DNA from: Camelus dromedarius | Taxonomy: Eukaryota | Reading direction: 5' to 3' | Length of the DNA stretch: 64,000 nt | Assembly: GCF_036321535.1 (NCBI RefSeq) | Contig: NC_087436.1 | Location: forward strand, 57,166,001 to 57,230,000 | Shown here: one piece after another, positions 1-13,000 of the stretch | How positions within the stretch are numbered: the stretch's first letter is position 1 | Layout of the letters: each line of letters opens with the position of its first letter | Notes under the pieces: model-generated | What the model saw: only the letters and a program-made list of their open reading frames with translations | What the model was told of the DNA's origin: nothing | The model's database searches: none | Translations under genes and position numbers: made by a program

Positions 1-289
1 TAATACCACTACTTGAGAAAATACAAAGTATTTACAGTGAGGGATGAAAGCAAACCTCTCCTCCATTAACCATTCTACATTTGATTTGTATCCATTTTAC
101 CTTTTTTCCCTCAAAGTTATATACACCAGAATATAATAGTCACATGCATAATGCCAATAATAATTGTTTTCAATTTAAAAAATCATTTAATGAACTAACA
201 TGGACAATTTCTAAGTTAGTACATACAAGTTTCTCATAAAAAAAGATGACTGTAGTATTTCTCAATCTTATTAACTATTGGCCTATTAA

Positions 290-869
290 AACTTTTTTAT
301 TGAGATATAATTGACATGTAACATATTGGTTTCAGGTATACAACATAATGATTTGATATCTGTATTCAGTGCGAAATGATTACCATAATATATCTAGTGA
401 ACATCTGTCACCATACAAAATTAACTATTAGGATTTACCCTCTTGGCAATTTTTAAACATGCTCTACAAATTATTGACTATAGTCACCATGCTGTATATT
501 GCATCCCCAGGACTTATTTTATAACTATAAACTTGTACTTCTTGACCCCCTTTACCTATTTTACCCACTCCCCAGCACTCCTCCCCTCTGGCAGCTACCA
601 TTCTGTTCTCTTTATCTACAATTTTTGTTTTGTTTTATTTCATTTTGTTTACTTTTTAGATTCCACATTTAAGTGAAATTACGTGGTATTTTTCTTTCTC
701 TCTCTGACTTATGTAACTTTGAGTAATGCCCTCAAGATCCATCCATGTTGGCAAAAATACAAGATTTCCTTTTTTATGGTTGAGTAGTATTCAACTACGT
801 ATATTTATATATGTATATATACACATATATATCCCATCTTCTTTATCTATTCATCCATCAATAGACACT
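290..869 (-). mobile_element. LINE-1 3' UTR/ORF2 end, left part (interrupted by LTR insertion)
   Basis: T-tract followed by a typical antisense L1 3' end (ttgagatataattgacatgtaac...ttccacatttaagtgaaattacgtggtattt). The sequence resumes in register at 1474. Confidence 0.85.
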
Positions 870-1473
870 TGTTGGAGGAAAGGGTATAGCACTAGTGGTA
901 GAGTGCATGCCTAGCATGCACAAGGTCCTGGATTCAGTCCCCAGCACCTCCACTAAAAAAAATAAATAAATAAAAACCTAATTACGTCTCCCCCTAAAAA
1001 AATTTTTAAAAAATAGCTGGTGTCTCAGGCAGTAAAAGAACTTACCAAAGGCAAAGAATGAGACTAGGAAAGGAGTTTATTAGGTTATGCTGCCATAGAC
1101 AACAGCGGGTCACACAGATGAGAGGTGCCTTTGTGAGCTCCGGGGGTTGGTTGCTGAGCTCTTTTATTGGGGGAGAAGTTGGTGAACATAATGGGTTGGG
1201 GGCTGTGTGATCAGTTTGTGCACAAGTTTTTGATTGGGTGTAGGTGAAGTCAGAAATTTGGGGTCCATGAGGGGGCAGTGGGGTTTATCGCTGAAACAAA
1301 CCAGCCTGAGCTATTGTGAGATTTACCTAGCCACATTACCTAGGGCTATTAGTTTGTTAGGACAAACATGCCCAGTAAATAATGTACTTTATCTGTTGAG
1401 GGATGCCAGGCAGATACCTGAGAGCCCGGGAATGGGGGTCATTGGACTTTAAAGGACATCAGTTTGCCCCACA
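870..1473 (-). mobile_element. solo ERV-type LTR inserted into L1 (itself containing a SINE)
   Basis: Starts TG (870) and ends CA (1473). Flanked by 5-bp direct repeat ACACT (865-869, 1474-1478). The minus strand has a TATA-like AATAAAAG (~1161-1168) and AATAAA (1076-1081). The L1 host is contiguous across the insertion. Confidence 0.7.
874..1012 (+). mobile_element. tRNA-Ala-derived SINE (camelid Vic-1-like)
   Basis: GGGTATAGCACTAGTGGTAGAGTGCATGCCTAGCATGCACAAGGTCCTGGATTCAGTCCCCAGCACCTCCA resembles tRNA-Ala(AGC) with A/B boxes. It is followed by an AAAT linker, CCTAATTAC-TCCC and an A tail. Confidence 0.9.
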
Positions 1474-2060
1474 ACACTTAGGTCCTTTCCATATTTTGGC
1501 TATCCTAAAAAATACTGCAATGAATGTAGGTATATCTTTACAAATTAGTGTTTTTATTTTCTTTGGATAAATATCCAGAAGTGGAGTTTCTGGATCATAT
1601 GGTAGTCCTATTTTTAGTTTTCTGAAGAACCTCCATACTGTTTTCCACAGTTGCTGCACCAATTTACACTACCACCAGTAGTACACAAGGGTTCCCTCTT
1701 CTCCATATCCCACATCCTCTCCAACACTGGTTATTTCTTATCTTTTTGATAATAACCATTCTGTCAGATGTGAGGTGATATTTCATTATGGGTTTGATTT
1801 GCCTTTTGCTTATGATTAGTAATGTTGAACACCTTTTTATGTACCTGTTGGCCATCTGTATGTCTTCTTTGGAAAAATGTCTGTTCAGATCCTCTGCCCA
1901 TTTTTTAATATGATTTTTTTTGTTGTTACTGAGTTTTATGAGTTCTTTATATATTTTAGTTATTAACCCCATACCAGATATATGATTTGCAAATATTTTC
2001 TCCCATTCAGGAGGTACACTTTTCATTTTGTTAATGGTTTCCTTTACTGTGCAGAAAATT
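1474..2060 (-). mobile_element. LINE-1 ORF2 C-terminal fragment (degenerate)
   Basis: ORFs 1664-2026 and 1459-1662 translate to L1 ORF2 C-terminal motifs ([43 protein letters not shown]). Confidence 0.95.
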
Positions 2061-2174
2061 TTTATTTTTAATAGTTATTTCCATATTAATTTTTAAAAGG
2101 TTGTGATAGTTTATGCTTTTATTAATAGTGTGTGAGAGAACGTCCACTTCCTCAATCCATATGGATTTTTAAAG

Positions 2175-2460
2175 ATTTTTACTATGAAAATTTTCAAATA
2201 TATGCACAATAGAAAGTAGTGTAATGAGCTCCCATGGATAAACATCCAGTTTCAGCAATTATGAACTTCATCTTTATCTCCTCCCATTGAACTATTTTGA
2301 AGCAATTCCAAACATGACATTTTTCCCATGTAAAACAGATACTTAAATCTTCAATTATCTCTAATTCTGCTTTCTTATAATAATCTATAAACATAATGCT
2401 ATTTACTCTCCCTCCTATTCTCATCTCTTGAAGTAATATAATAAAAAAAATAGAACTTTT
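2175..2460 (-). mobile_element. old L1 (L1MC/L1ME-like) 3' end fragment
   Basis: ttttactatgaaaattttcaaatatatgcac...gtaatgagctcccatgg resembles L1MC4/5-type 3' ends. A similar sequence occurs at ~42180. Confidence 0.55.
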
Positions 2461-2569
2461 AAGAAGTCCCTTGTATGACTTTAGGAGAGAGATGAAAAAT
2501 TGAACACACTTTACTTTTTTCTTTCCAAACTTAGGTTTACATTGATTAGCATCCCTGGTCCTCATAAGA

Positions 2570-3055
2570 TGAATACCCAAGAGTGAACTTGCTGAATCAT
2601 ATGGTGGTTCTGTTTTTATTTTTACTTTTTTGAGAAACTTTATACTATTTTCTACAGTGGCTGCACCAATTTACATTCCCACCAACGGTGTACAAGGGTT
2701 CCCTTTTTTCCACGTCCTCACCAACACTTTTTATTTGTGGTCTTTTTGATGATAGCCATTCTGACAGATGTCAGGTGATATCTCATTGTGGTTTTGATTT
2801 GCATTTCTCTGATGATTAGTGATGCATCTTTTCATATGCCTGTTGGCCATCTGTATATCTTCTTTGGAAATATGTCTATTCAGGTCTTTTACCCATTTTT
2901 TAATTAGGTTGTTTGATTTTTGATGTTGAGTTGTATGAGCTGTTTATATATGTTGAACATTAACCCCTTATCAGTCATATCATTTGCACATACATTCTCC
3001 CATTCTGTAAGTTGTCTTTTTTGTTTTGTTGATGTTTCCCTTTGCTGTGCAACAT
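2570..3055 (-). mobile_element. LINE-1 ORF2 C-terminal fragment
   Basis: Paralogous to 1570-2050. The translation includes [28 protein letters not shown]. Confidence 0.9.
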
Positions 3056-3544
3056 GCTGGTTTCTGATGTGGCTCTTTGATGTTGCTATTCTTAGAAACA
3101 GAGATACTTTAATGAATGAGAAATAAGTTCCCACTCTAGGATGAGATACATGGAGGAGCTGACCCCTGATTTTGATAATAGAAGTTAGAAGAACCCCTGC
3201 TGGAAAACAGTGTTCTGGCAATGCTGTTGTGATATACACTCTGCTTACTTATCAGTGCTTTCCAGCACCCTTAAACGTACAACCAAAGGTGGGAGGGGTC
3301 CAGTAGCAGCCAAACCATGATCTGTGATTAAAAAGAAAAAACAAACAAAACATTAGCATCACAACCATCACAGATCATACCCTTCCTGAGGAAGCAGTCC
3401 AGGAATTAACTGCCTCTTTCTACCAAGGAGGAGAGATTAGAGGGCACCAGAAATTGCAATGACTAATTCCTTCTTCATCCATCACTCCCAACAAAATGCC
3501 AGTTTTAATAATCTGGGGGTTAAGTATTCTTAATTTAATTGGCT

Positions 3545-3890
3545 TAATCCAATCTTCACACAATAGATCTTTTTGAGAGGTAAATTTGATTCTATTTACC
3601 TGTTTGAAACCAGTCAGAGGCTTCCCATTGCTCTTAGGATAAATCTGATATCCTCAATGAGGATTATAAGGCCTGATCTACCTTTTCATCTGGAAAGTGT
3701 TCAGTTTCTCCATTGTGTTCATTCTGTTCTAACCCCACAGTGGGCTTTTCTTCGGGTTCTCCCAAGCTGTAGTCTCTTTCCTCTCTCAAAATGCCATTCC
3801 TTTGATCTGGACCACCCTTCTCACATTGCACCTTCATAGTTGCTCTTTATACTTCAGACTTAAGTTTAAATGTCACTTACCAACAGACCT
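3545..3890 (+). mobile_element. LINE-2 fragment
   Basis: ggcttcccattgctcttaggataaatc and ttcagacttaagtttaaatgtcactt are typical L2 motifs. Confidence 0.6.
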
Positions 3891-3911
3891 TTTGGGAGGC
3901 ATCCCCTTTGG

Positions 3912-4042
3912 GGGATGGGGGTGGGGCAGGTAATTAGGGTTTTTAAAAAAATTTTATTTATTTTCATGGAGGTACTAGGGATTGAACCTGGAAACTCATG
4001 CACACTAAGTGTGTGCTCTACCACTGAGCTATACCCTTCCCC
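3912..4042 (-). mobile_element. tRNA-Ala-derived SINE (Vic-1-like)
   Basis: Reverse complement reads GGGGAAGGGTATAGCTCAGTGGTAGAGCACACACTTAGTGTGCATGAG...GGTTCAATCCCTAGTACCTCCA, followed by a CCTAATTACC tail. Confidence 0.9.
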
Positions 4043-4982
4043 TGGAGTCACCCCGTTTTAAATTAGATCCCCATAGCATTCATCCTTTAGAGATCACATA
4101 GTTATGTATTGGTTTTAAACTGTAAGATTTCTCTCTTCTACTTATTTCTCAGAATTTAGCAGATCACCTTACTTCTAGTATGCACTTGGTACTTTTCTTT
4201 TTTTATTTTGTTTTTAAATAAGTGAATAATTAAGTGAAGTAACTTTTTAAAAACTAAGACCACAAGGATGACTAGGACTTAGCTGGCAAGGGGTGTGTGT
4301 AGGAAGTGGGTATGGGAAAGAGTTTTGTTTAAAGAGCTTTGGAAACTTTCAAAGAGGAAAAGCCATCTAGAATTTGCCATGAATACTGGATTAGAAGTTT
4401 GCTTTACTCTGTTCAGTGAAACATAGGACAATTCTTCTTCTTCTTCTTTTTTTTTTTTGTAAAAAAACTGTTTTTCTGATATATTGCCATATTTAGTTAT
4501 TAAGCCAGGATCATTAGAGGTGTAGAAAAATGAGCTAGATAAAAATCTTAGTGGGATTAGTATTGGGGATACTGTTATGTGCAGGTGTTGGATAAGGTGA
4601 CTCACTCCCAGCCTGTGATGTTCTGACTCCAAGAAGTAAATATGAAGAGAGTAGAAATCAGGATGAATATAATGCTGATAAGATCTGTTACTTTGTTGAA
4701 TAAAGGAAAACAAATCACTTTTAAAAGTGTATTATGTTTTGAACCCCAAACATTTTTTCTATGCTTTTTTGTTAGTAAAGGTGTTAGCAAATTAAGGATA
4801 ACAACCTGCAAATAATCATTGACTAATCACAATTTTAAAGGCAAGTATTTTGGCAAGTTAATGTGAAAAAAGCCTTACAAGCCAATTGTTATTAGAAGGT
4901 ACCTTTTGCTAAAATATTTCACTTCTCAGCTACTTCCAAATCTGAAAAGTCTATTTTTAATAGAATTAAGTCATCATAAAGC

Positions 4983-5212
4983 ACACATTACTATATATAA
5001 AATAGATGAACCACAAGAACCTACTGTGTAGCACAGGGAACTATATTCAGTTTCTTATAATAACATATAATGGAAAAGGATATGAAAAGAAAATAGATAT
5101 ATGTGTGTGTATATATATATATTTATATATATATATATGAGTCACTTTGTTGTACACCTGAAACTAACATTGTAAATCAACTACACTTCAGTAAAAAATT
5201 AAAAAAAAAAAA
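4983..5212 (+). mobile_element. 5'-truncated L1 3' UTR (cetartiodactyl type) with internal (TA)n
   Basis: ctactgtgtagcacagggaactatattcag...gtaaatcaactacacttca plus poly(A). Homologous to 44487-44804. Confidence 0.85.
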
Positions 5213-5289
5213 TAGAACATAAAAGATTTGAAAGCATGTTAGTCCTGAATTTAAATTTCAGACCCATCACTTACTGTGGAAACAGGATA

Positions 5290-8200
5290 ATTTTTTTTAA
5301 CAGCTTGATTGAGGTATAATTTACATACTACAAAATCTACTCATTTTCAGTGTATGATTAAATGATTTTTTTTTTTTTTTGTAAATTTACAAAGCTATGA
5401 AACCATTACCACAACCCAATTTTACGACATTCCTTTCACCCTCCAAAAGCTCCTTTCTGTCCATCTGTAGTCAACCCCCATTCCCCAGGCCCAGGCAAGC
5501 ACTAATTGATTTTTTGTTTCTGTAGGTATGCCTTTTCTAGGCATTTAATATAAATAGAATCCTCTGATATGTGGTCTTTTGTGGCTATCTTCTTTCATAT
5601 AGCAAAATATTTGAGGTTTATCTGTTCAAATATTTTGTTTCTGTTTATTGCAGAATATAATTCCAATACATAGACATACCACCACGTTCTGTTTATCTAT
5701 TTACCAGTTTGGATTATCTAAAAATTTTCCACCTTTGGCAGTTACACATAATGCTACTATAAACATTCATGGTCAAGTCTTCGTGTGGACATGTGCTTTT
5801 GCTTCTCAGGGGTACATACTTGGAACTAGAAATGCAAGTTGTAGAGTAAGTTCATGTTTAATTTTTAAAGAAAATGCCAAACTGTTTTTTTAAGTGGCTA
5901 CAGTTTGAGAGTTCTAGTTTCTATATCCTCTCTAACACTTGTCTTTTTTATAGCCATCCTAGTGGGTATGAAGTGATTTTAATTTGCATTTTCCTAATAA
6001 TTAGTTGACTTTTTTCGTATGTTTATTGGTGAAATGTCTATTCCAGTCTTTCACCTACTTTTAAATTGTCTTATTTCTTTTTTCTGTCATTGAGTTTTTG
6101 TTGTTTTTTGTATGTGTGTGTGTGTGTGGATTCTTTGGAATTTTCTACATATCAGATCATGTTGCTTGTGAATAAAGATAGTTTTTTACTTATTCCTTTC
6201 TCATATACTCTTTCTTCCTTTTTTCCTCTCTCTTTTTCTCTTTCTCTCCTTCTCTCTCTCTTTCTTTTCCTTGCCTGTTGTTTTAGTCTGTTTGGGCTAT
6301 GATAATAAAAATACCATAAACTGGGTGGCATAAACAATATATTTCTCATAGTTCTGAAATTTGGAGCCAAGATTAAGGCACTTGGTGTCTGTTGAGGACC
6401 AGCTTCCCTATTCATAGACAGCCACTTACTCTCTTGAGTATTCACAGGATGGAAGGGCAAGGTAACTCTCTGGAGTCTCTTTTGTTAGGGCACTAATCCC
6501 TCCCAAAAATCCATTTCCCAAAAACCCCACCTCCAAATGCTATCCAACTGGGGATTAGGTTTCAACATATGAATTTTGGGGTGACACAAACATTTAGTCT
6601 CTAATACTTTATCACCTTTCTTAGAATCTCTGGGACAATGTTGAAAAGAAGCGATGAGAGCAGATATCCTTACCTTGTTCTTAGGAAAGCATTCAGTCTT
6701 TTAGTCATTAACATGCTGTTAGCTATAGGTTTTCATGGATTCCTTTTATGAGGTTAAGAAACTTCCCTTCTATTCTTAGCTGTTCCCTTCTATTCTTAGC
6801 TGTTGAGAGTTTTTGTTTTTGTTTTTTTTATGAATGAATTTTGTCAAGTACCTTGTATCTTTTAAGAGGATCATGTGTGTTTTGTTCTTTATTCTATTAA
6901 TAATATATCACATTAATTTCTGCTTGGATATTAAGCCAACCTTTCATTCTGTGTTTAAATCCCACTTGGTCATGGTGCATTATCCTTTTTGTATTTTCCT
7001 GGATTTGGTTTGCTAAGATATTGTTGAGGGCTTTTGTGCATATATTCATGAGGGATATTAGTTTGTAGTTTTCTTACGATGTCTTTGGCTTTGGTATCAG
7101 GATAATATTGGTTTCGTAGAATAAGTTGGGGAGTGTTTCCTTCTCCTCTGTCTTTGGGAAGAATTTGGGAAAGATTGATATTGTTTCTTCTTTAAATATT
7201 TGGTGGAATTTATCAGTGAAGCCATCTAGGCTTGAACTTTATTTTTGTGGGAAGATTTCAAATTACTCAGTTTCTTTATTTGTCATAGGTAAATTTAGTT
7301 TTTCTATTTTTCTAAGTCAGTTTCAGTTAAAAGCATTTTTGTCTTTTTTAGGAATTTATCCATTTCATCTTAGTTGTCCAATTTATTGGCATAGTGTTGT
7401 TCATAGCATTCCCTTATGATAATTTAAATTTCTGTAAAATCGTTAATGATGTCTCCTCTTTCACTTCTGATTTTGGTAATTTTTTTCTCGGTCAGTTTTT
7501 CTTTTTTTCTAACATAAAAACATTCGTATAGAATGTGCTGTGTTACTTTCTTTTCTATTTTCTAGAAGAACTTGTGAAGGATTGGTATTATTCTTTAAAT
7601 GTTTAGAAGAACTTCAGTGAAGCCATCTAGGCCTGAAATCTTTTTTTTTTTTTTAAGATTTTTAATTGCTAGTTTAATTTCTTTACTTGCTAGATCTACT
7701 TAGTTTTTCTGTTCCCTTTCTAAGATACACATTTCCCTCTAAATACTGATTTAGCAACATCTCCTAAATATGGTATGTTTTCATTTCTATTCAGCTCAAA
7801 ATATTTTCTAGTTTCCTTCATGATTTCTTCTTGGATCCATTGGTTATTTAGAAGTCCATTTAAAATTTTCTAAGTATTTGTAGATTTCCCATATTTTGTC
7901 CTATTTTAATATCTAATTTAATTCTCTTATGGTCAGAGACCATACTTTGCATGGTGTTAATCTTTTTAAATTTATTGAGACTTGTTTTATGGTCTAACAT
8001 ATGGTCTATTCTGGAGGATGTTGCATGTACACTTACAAATTATTCTCCTGTTGTTGGCTGGAGTGTACTATACATGTCAGTTGAGTCAGGTTGGTTGATA
8101 GTATTATCCAGATCTTCTATATCCATGTTAATTTTCTGTTTAGTGCTCTATTCTTTATTATTAAGAATAGAGTATTGAAACCTCTACTCTTATTCTTAAA

Positions 8201-8505
8201 TTATATATTTCTCCCTTCAGTTCTGTCACTTTTGTTTCATATATTTTGAGACTCAGTTGTTGGATGTATATATGTTTATAATTGTTTTATCATTCTGATG
8301 AATTGATCCTTTCATCTTAAAATGCCACTCTTTGTCTCTGGTAATACCTTCTGTCTTAAAGTCTTTTCTGTCTGATATTAGTGTACCCACTACAGCTCTC
8401 TTATGGTTATTAATTGCATATTGTATCTTTTTTATTCATCTTTTTACTTTAAACCTATTTGTGTCTTCGAATCTAAAATGTTTCTTTTGTAGGCAACACA
8501 CAGTT
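5290..8505 (-). mobile_element. old LINE-1 (L1MB-like 3' end plus ORF2 segments), fragmented
   Basis: 3' end ttttaacagcttgattgaggtataatttacatac, then antisense ORF2-type sequence (atattcatgagggatattagtttgtagttttc, gtgaagccatctagg, tctgtctgatattagt). Confidence 0.85.
6279..6606 (-). mobile_element. MaLR LTR (MLT1A-like) nested in L1
   Basis: tgttttagtctgtttgggctatgataataaaataccataaactgggtgg...tttcaacatatgaattttggggtgacacaaacatt. Confidence 0.85.
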
Positions 8506-8574
8506 GGACCTCTCTCTCTTCTGGTACCATTAGAAATTATTAATTTCATAGGGTCATTGTGAGGATTAAATTGG

Positions 8575-8730
8575 ATTGTTGGAAGTCTTAATAAAACACT
8601 GATTGCTGGGCCCCACCTTCAGTATTTTGGACTGAGTAGTTCTGATGTGGGCTTGAGAATTTGCATTTCTAACAGGTATGCTGGTGACCATTATGATGCT
8701 GGGCTGGTAGCCAAGGTTTAAGAAACACAC
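8575..8730. mobile_element. MER5A-like hAT-Charlie DNA transposon within MIR fragment
   Basis: gattgctgggccccacc...gagaatttgcatttctaacagg...tttaagaaacac. The MIR core (gtgaggattaaat) lies immediately to the left. Confidence 0.7.
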
Positions 8731-9789
8731 AAATAAGATAATAAAATAAATTAAACACCTAAAGCAGTTCTGGATACCTCATTTTTGTGGCTTCTGTTCA
8801 CTTCCTTTATTACCCATATTTATTCTTTGGTCATTTATTCTTTGAATAACCTACTCTGTTGGGATATTTTTGGTATTTGCTCTAATATGTTGATATTTAT
8901 GTTGTTGAGGTTCTATTAAAAGTAAAAAAATCCCACTTGTAAAGCAATCAGAAACATCAACTGCAAAAGAGGGAATTTATGAAAGATCAGTTTTTATCTT
9001 TTCTTGTATAAGAAGTTCATGTAATTTGAGCTTTGTAATTCCTCTTTATCAGATCATACCACTAAAATTAACATTATTACAAAAGATAGAACTTAATTAA
9101 TCATGAAATAGGAAGACATTATTTTTGTTGTGGGGAAAATGAATATTACAAAGATTCTTGTTAAAATGTGTCAATGGTGCTATTATGGCAGATTTGATAT
9201 TTTGACCTTTTATAACTTCTTGAAATTGGTACTATTTATTTAATGTTTGATATAACTAATCCACTTTCAAATACCCCCTGGAGAATAATACCTTTGTATA
9301 AACCTGCACCTTTTATCACCCAGAACTGGGGAAGTTCCAAATCTTTACATGCAAGCAATTTTTAAAGGAAAAGGTAAATCTCCTTTTAATCCAATGGCTT
9401 TGAAAAGTTATAAGTGGTTCACTGCTTAAAAATTTTTTTTGAAAGAATAAATGAATATCTTGGATTAAATACATTTTTTCTCATTACAATTTGGTACAGA
9501 GGCTTCTCATTTTCCTGTTTTCATTCTAAATATTAATCTATGGCAACAAGCTGATTCTGCAAGAGGGCAGTTTTGCTGCTTGTTTTCTCAAATATAAAAA
9601 TAACTCTAAAGGACAGCATCAATACCTATAATGTATGATAGTGATGCTTGTAATTTTGAAGTAGAATTTATCCCAAATTGAGGTCATAATAATTTAGTTC
9701 TAATGTATGCACTTAATATATTTGCTTACCATATTCTTATTGACATTACTATTACTGCATTACCAGTGTTATTTTCAAGAGATTCAAAG

Positions 9790-10030
9790 GTTAAGCACAC
9801 AGAGTTAGGAGCTAGGATTACTGGGTGAATCCTTCCTTTACTATCTCCTAATTGAGTGACTTTGGGCAATTAACTTCTCTGTGCCTCATTTTCCTCTTAT
9901 GCAAATTAGGATAAAATAAAGCCCAATTTATAGGGTTGTTACGAGGCTCAAATGAATTGATGTATTATATACCAGTTAAAACTGTGTTTACCAGTTTGTA
10001 AGAAAGACTCTGTAAGTCTTAGCTATTATC
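9790..10030 (+). mobile_element. MIR SINE
   Basis: gtgactttgggcaattaacttctctgtgcctcattttcctc...atagggttgttacgagg is the MIR core. Confidence 0.8.
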
Positions 10031-13000
10031 TCTGCTTCTAAAGACAGCAATACTAATAAACACTACTTTATATTTGTGTGGTGCTTTAGAAATTATGGGA
10101 AACTTTCACATTTAATATCTGTGGAAACCCTGTTGTAATTGCTATTGATGCTATTTGCAGCTATGTCTGTAGAATGCATTTTTGTTAGGTTGCCGTGGCT
10201 GTTTTATAGTACAGTGCTGAAATGCTCATGCCAGGGGAATCCTTCTTTTTCCCTGAGATTGCAAAGCAACTCCATTCACTTCTCTTTGCCTCTCACCACC
10301 TTTCTCTTCCCCTTCCCCCTCTTTTTTTCAAAGTTTTTATTAAACTTTTATTAAGAGTTTTGTGAAAAACAAATATTACATTAAAAATTCATTGATTCTT
10401 TCCATTTCATTTTCTCTTTCATTCGTGTATTCTAGAAAGGTGTGGAAGGAATATTATGTGCAAAGGAGTATCATTACATGGGAAAGAAGTGCTTTCCCTT
10501 TAAGAAATGTTGTTGCACACTTTGTAAGCCACTGTTTAGTCTTCAGAGTGATGTGTCTTTTAGGAAGTAAAAGAAGGTATATTCCTACCTTTACAAAAGT
10601 CTCATGGGACAAAGACTTGTCATTTGTCTAGCTTAGAAGTAAGTAAAAATGTTTCCAAATAAATATCATTTCAATATTTTTCAAATCATCAAAACATTTA
10701 GTTTGGAACTGTATACTTTTTTTCATGGATTTACAGATTCTTTAAAGGCCGTTTACCCACATTTGAACAATGGATGGTTAGATACCAAGTTAAGTATGAA
10801 CTGCAAGGTTCGAACATGTCACAGAAACATAACTACTTTAGTTCCCTCAGCTGAACCTACAACTAGTCTCAATTACTTTGACCACTGGAATATTACGTAA
10901 GAATTTAAATTTCAGTGTTACTTGATGTCCACTAGAGGGGACCAAACCTCAAACAGAAGTATATGCTTCTATTCCCCCAATTAGTGAAAAACCTAAGGCG
11001 TTTCAGACTGCCTGCCTGAACTTCACAAATTATTCTTCAAAGTTTCCTATTGCTGAAAGGCCAATTCTATACAAGCAAATCTATGGAAACACTGAGGTAT
11101 CAATAGTAGACAAACAATATTTTAGAGTAGAGCAAAATGTTGCTTAGAGTCTTTAATAACTTAAGAGTTTAGTCAATTCATAGAAAAACACTAAACTAAA
11201 ATCCGAGTTGTACAGTTATATGTTTTTTAAAATATTTGGCTGATTTGACAAGAAGACAGAGGTGAATTTTGACATACGATTTCATAATGTAGTAAGTTAA
11301 TGTATTTTGAGTCATGATAAATGTTTAACAGTAAATTTTTATTGGAACCATGTCAAACTTTTGCCAGTGAATAACTAAAATCAACAAAGCCTTAAATTTG
11401 TTTCTAATTTGTAACTTAAAATACCTTATTTTGAAAATATTGTTTTCCAAAATGAACTGAACATGTACTTTAGAACTCTGTGAATTTCAATGCAGTATCT
11501 ATTATACTTGAAATTTGATTTGTAGAATATTTTCATATGAAACAATACATACACACTCTAAAATTTTTGTTCTAACTTTCTTACAGCATTTCACATTTTG
11601 TGAAACTTAATATTCCAAAGAAAACAAAATAGATTTTATTTCATGTGAATATAATTTAATAATCTCATATTGCAGTATTTTTCAAAATAAAGATAAACAC
11701 TCAGGTAAGAATCACTTTGTAGAACTATAAATTCTAAACAAGTTTTTTTCATAAGGACAGCTTGATTTTATTGCCAAGTTAGTATAAAAAAACACACTTA
11801 ACATGGAAGGTGAAGACATGGCTTATTTAAAACAATAGCAACAACAAGACAGTTAAGCCACAAAGATCTACGCTATATCATTATCTATTTCTCTGCAAAA
11901 TATAGGAAGGTATTGCAGAAACGAACTGTCCACTAGATGCCACACTTCCTTTGCAGAGTAAAGCAGTACTGTGGCTTCTGGCAGGCTTTATGCAGAAGCT
12001 ATTGTATCTGGTAACAGCTCCCCCTAACTCAGCTATCTTTTCCCTTACATGCTTTCTGATACCCCTCCTCCGTTGTTATGCCTAATCATCCAAAATTTGC
12101 ATAGTAGTGGCAGCTTGTAGAGTTCTGTTGAGATCCTTCAGTGGGAATACAGGGAGCTTGTATTTATTGACTTTCAAGATCAAGCCATTTTGGAGCTTTT
12201 TTTTTTCCCCCGCTCTAGGGCAGCTAAAGATGGTTTCATTTGGCTCTTTTGTTTTCTAATTTTTAGAACTACAAATTCTTTCTCATGTATATTTATTGTT
12301 TCTTTTTTTTTTCATATATGTTTATTCTGTTCCCCTCAAGAAGAAACAGGAAAACCCTCAATTTTCTAAAAATGTAATGAAGAGTTATAATTTAACTTTT
12401 TAGAGAACTATACTGAGTGAAACTGTGACTGATTTTATTTTGTTTTTAGACATTATTAAAACTGAGAAAAATAAAGATCTTTCATTTTCCGTTGACATTT
12501 GTGATAGGCTGGATTCAATAATGAAATGAACAGAATCTAGTAAGTAAAGAAGTATAAGGCATTATCTTATAAGCTTCCATTCTATGAGACAAATAACAGG
12601 CTACTCAGTATTCAGAATACTTACACTCAGCTTGAGTCACAATATTTGGGATCCTTGTGAAATGTCAATTATAGAATCTTCATGGGACTGTAATCTGAGA
12701 TTATTATTTGGTGATATAAAATAAATAACATACTTAGTCCTGTGATGGTGTGAGGCCAGTGGTCTCTCTTCCTCCAGATTACTAGTCACCTGAGCAGTTC
12801 TTCCCTAGGACAATTATAGCTTTATAGCATTGTGTTTTCCCTATTTTCAAAATATTTTGAGGATATGATCACTATATGTGATCACTAAGGAATCTGCAGT
12901 GATTTTTTTAAATCACACATAAGCTGACTTTAGTTGCTGAAGCAACTAGTAGATTTACCACTTGGTCTGAGATTCTTTTCTTTTCTAAATTAATGTGTTT

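Noticed and set aside
874..955. Functional tRNA-Ala genes (also ~3965-4042, 17525-17599, 41020-41096)
   Set aside because: Stems are mutated, and the copies have SINE tails and TSDs. They are SINEs.
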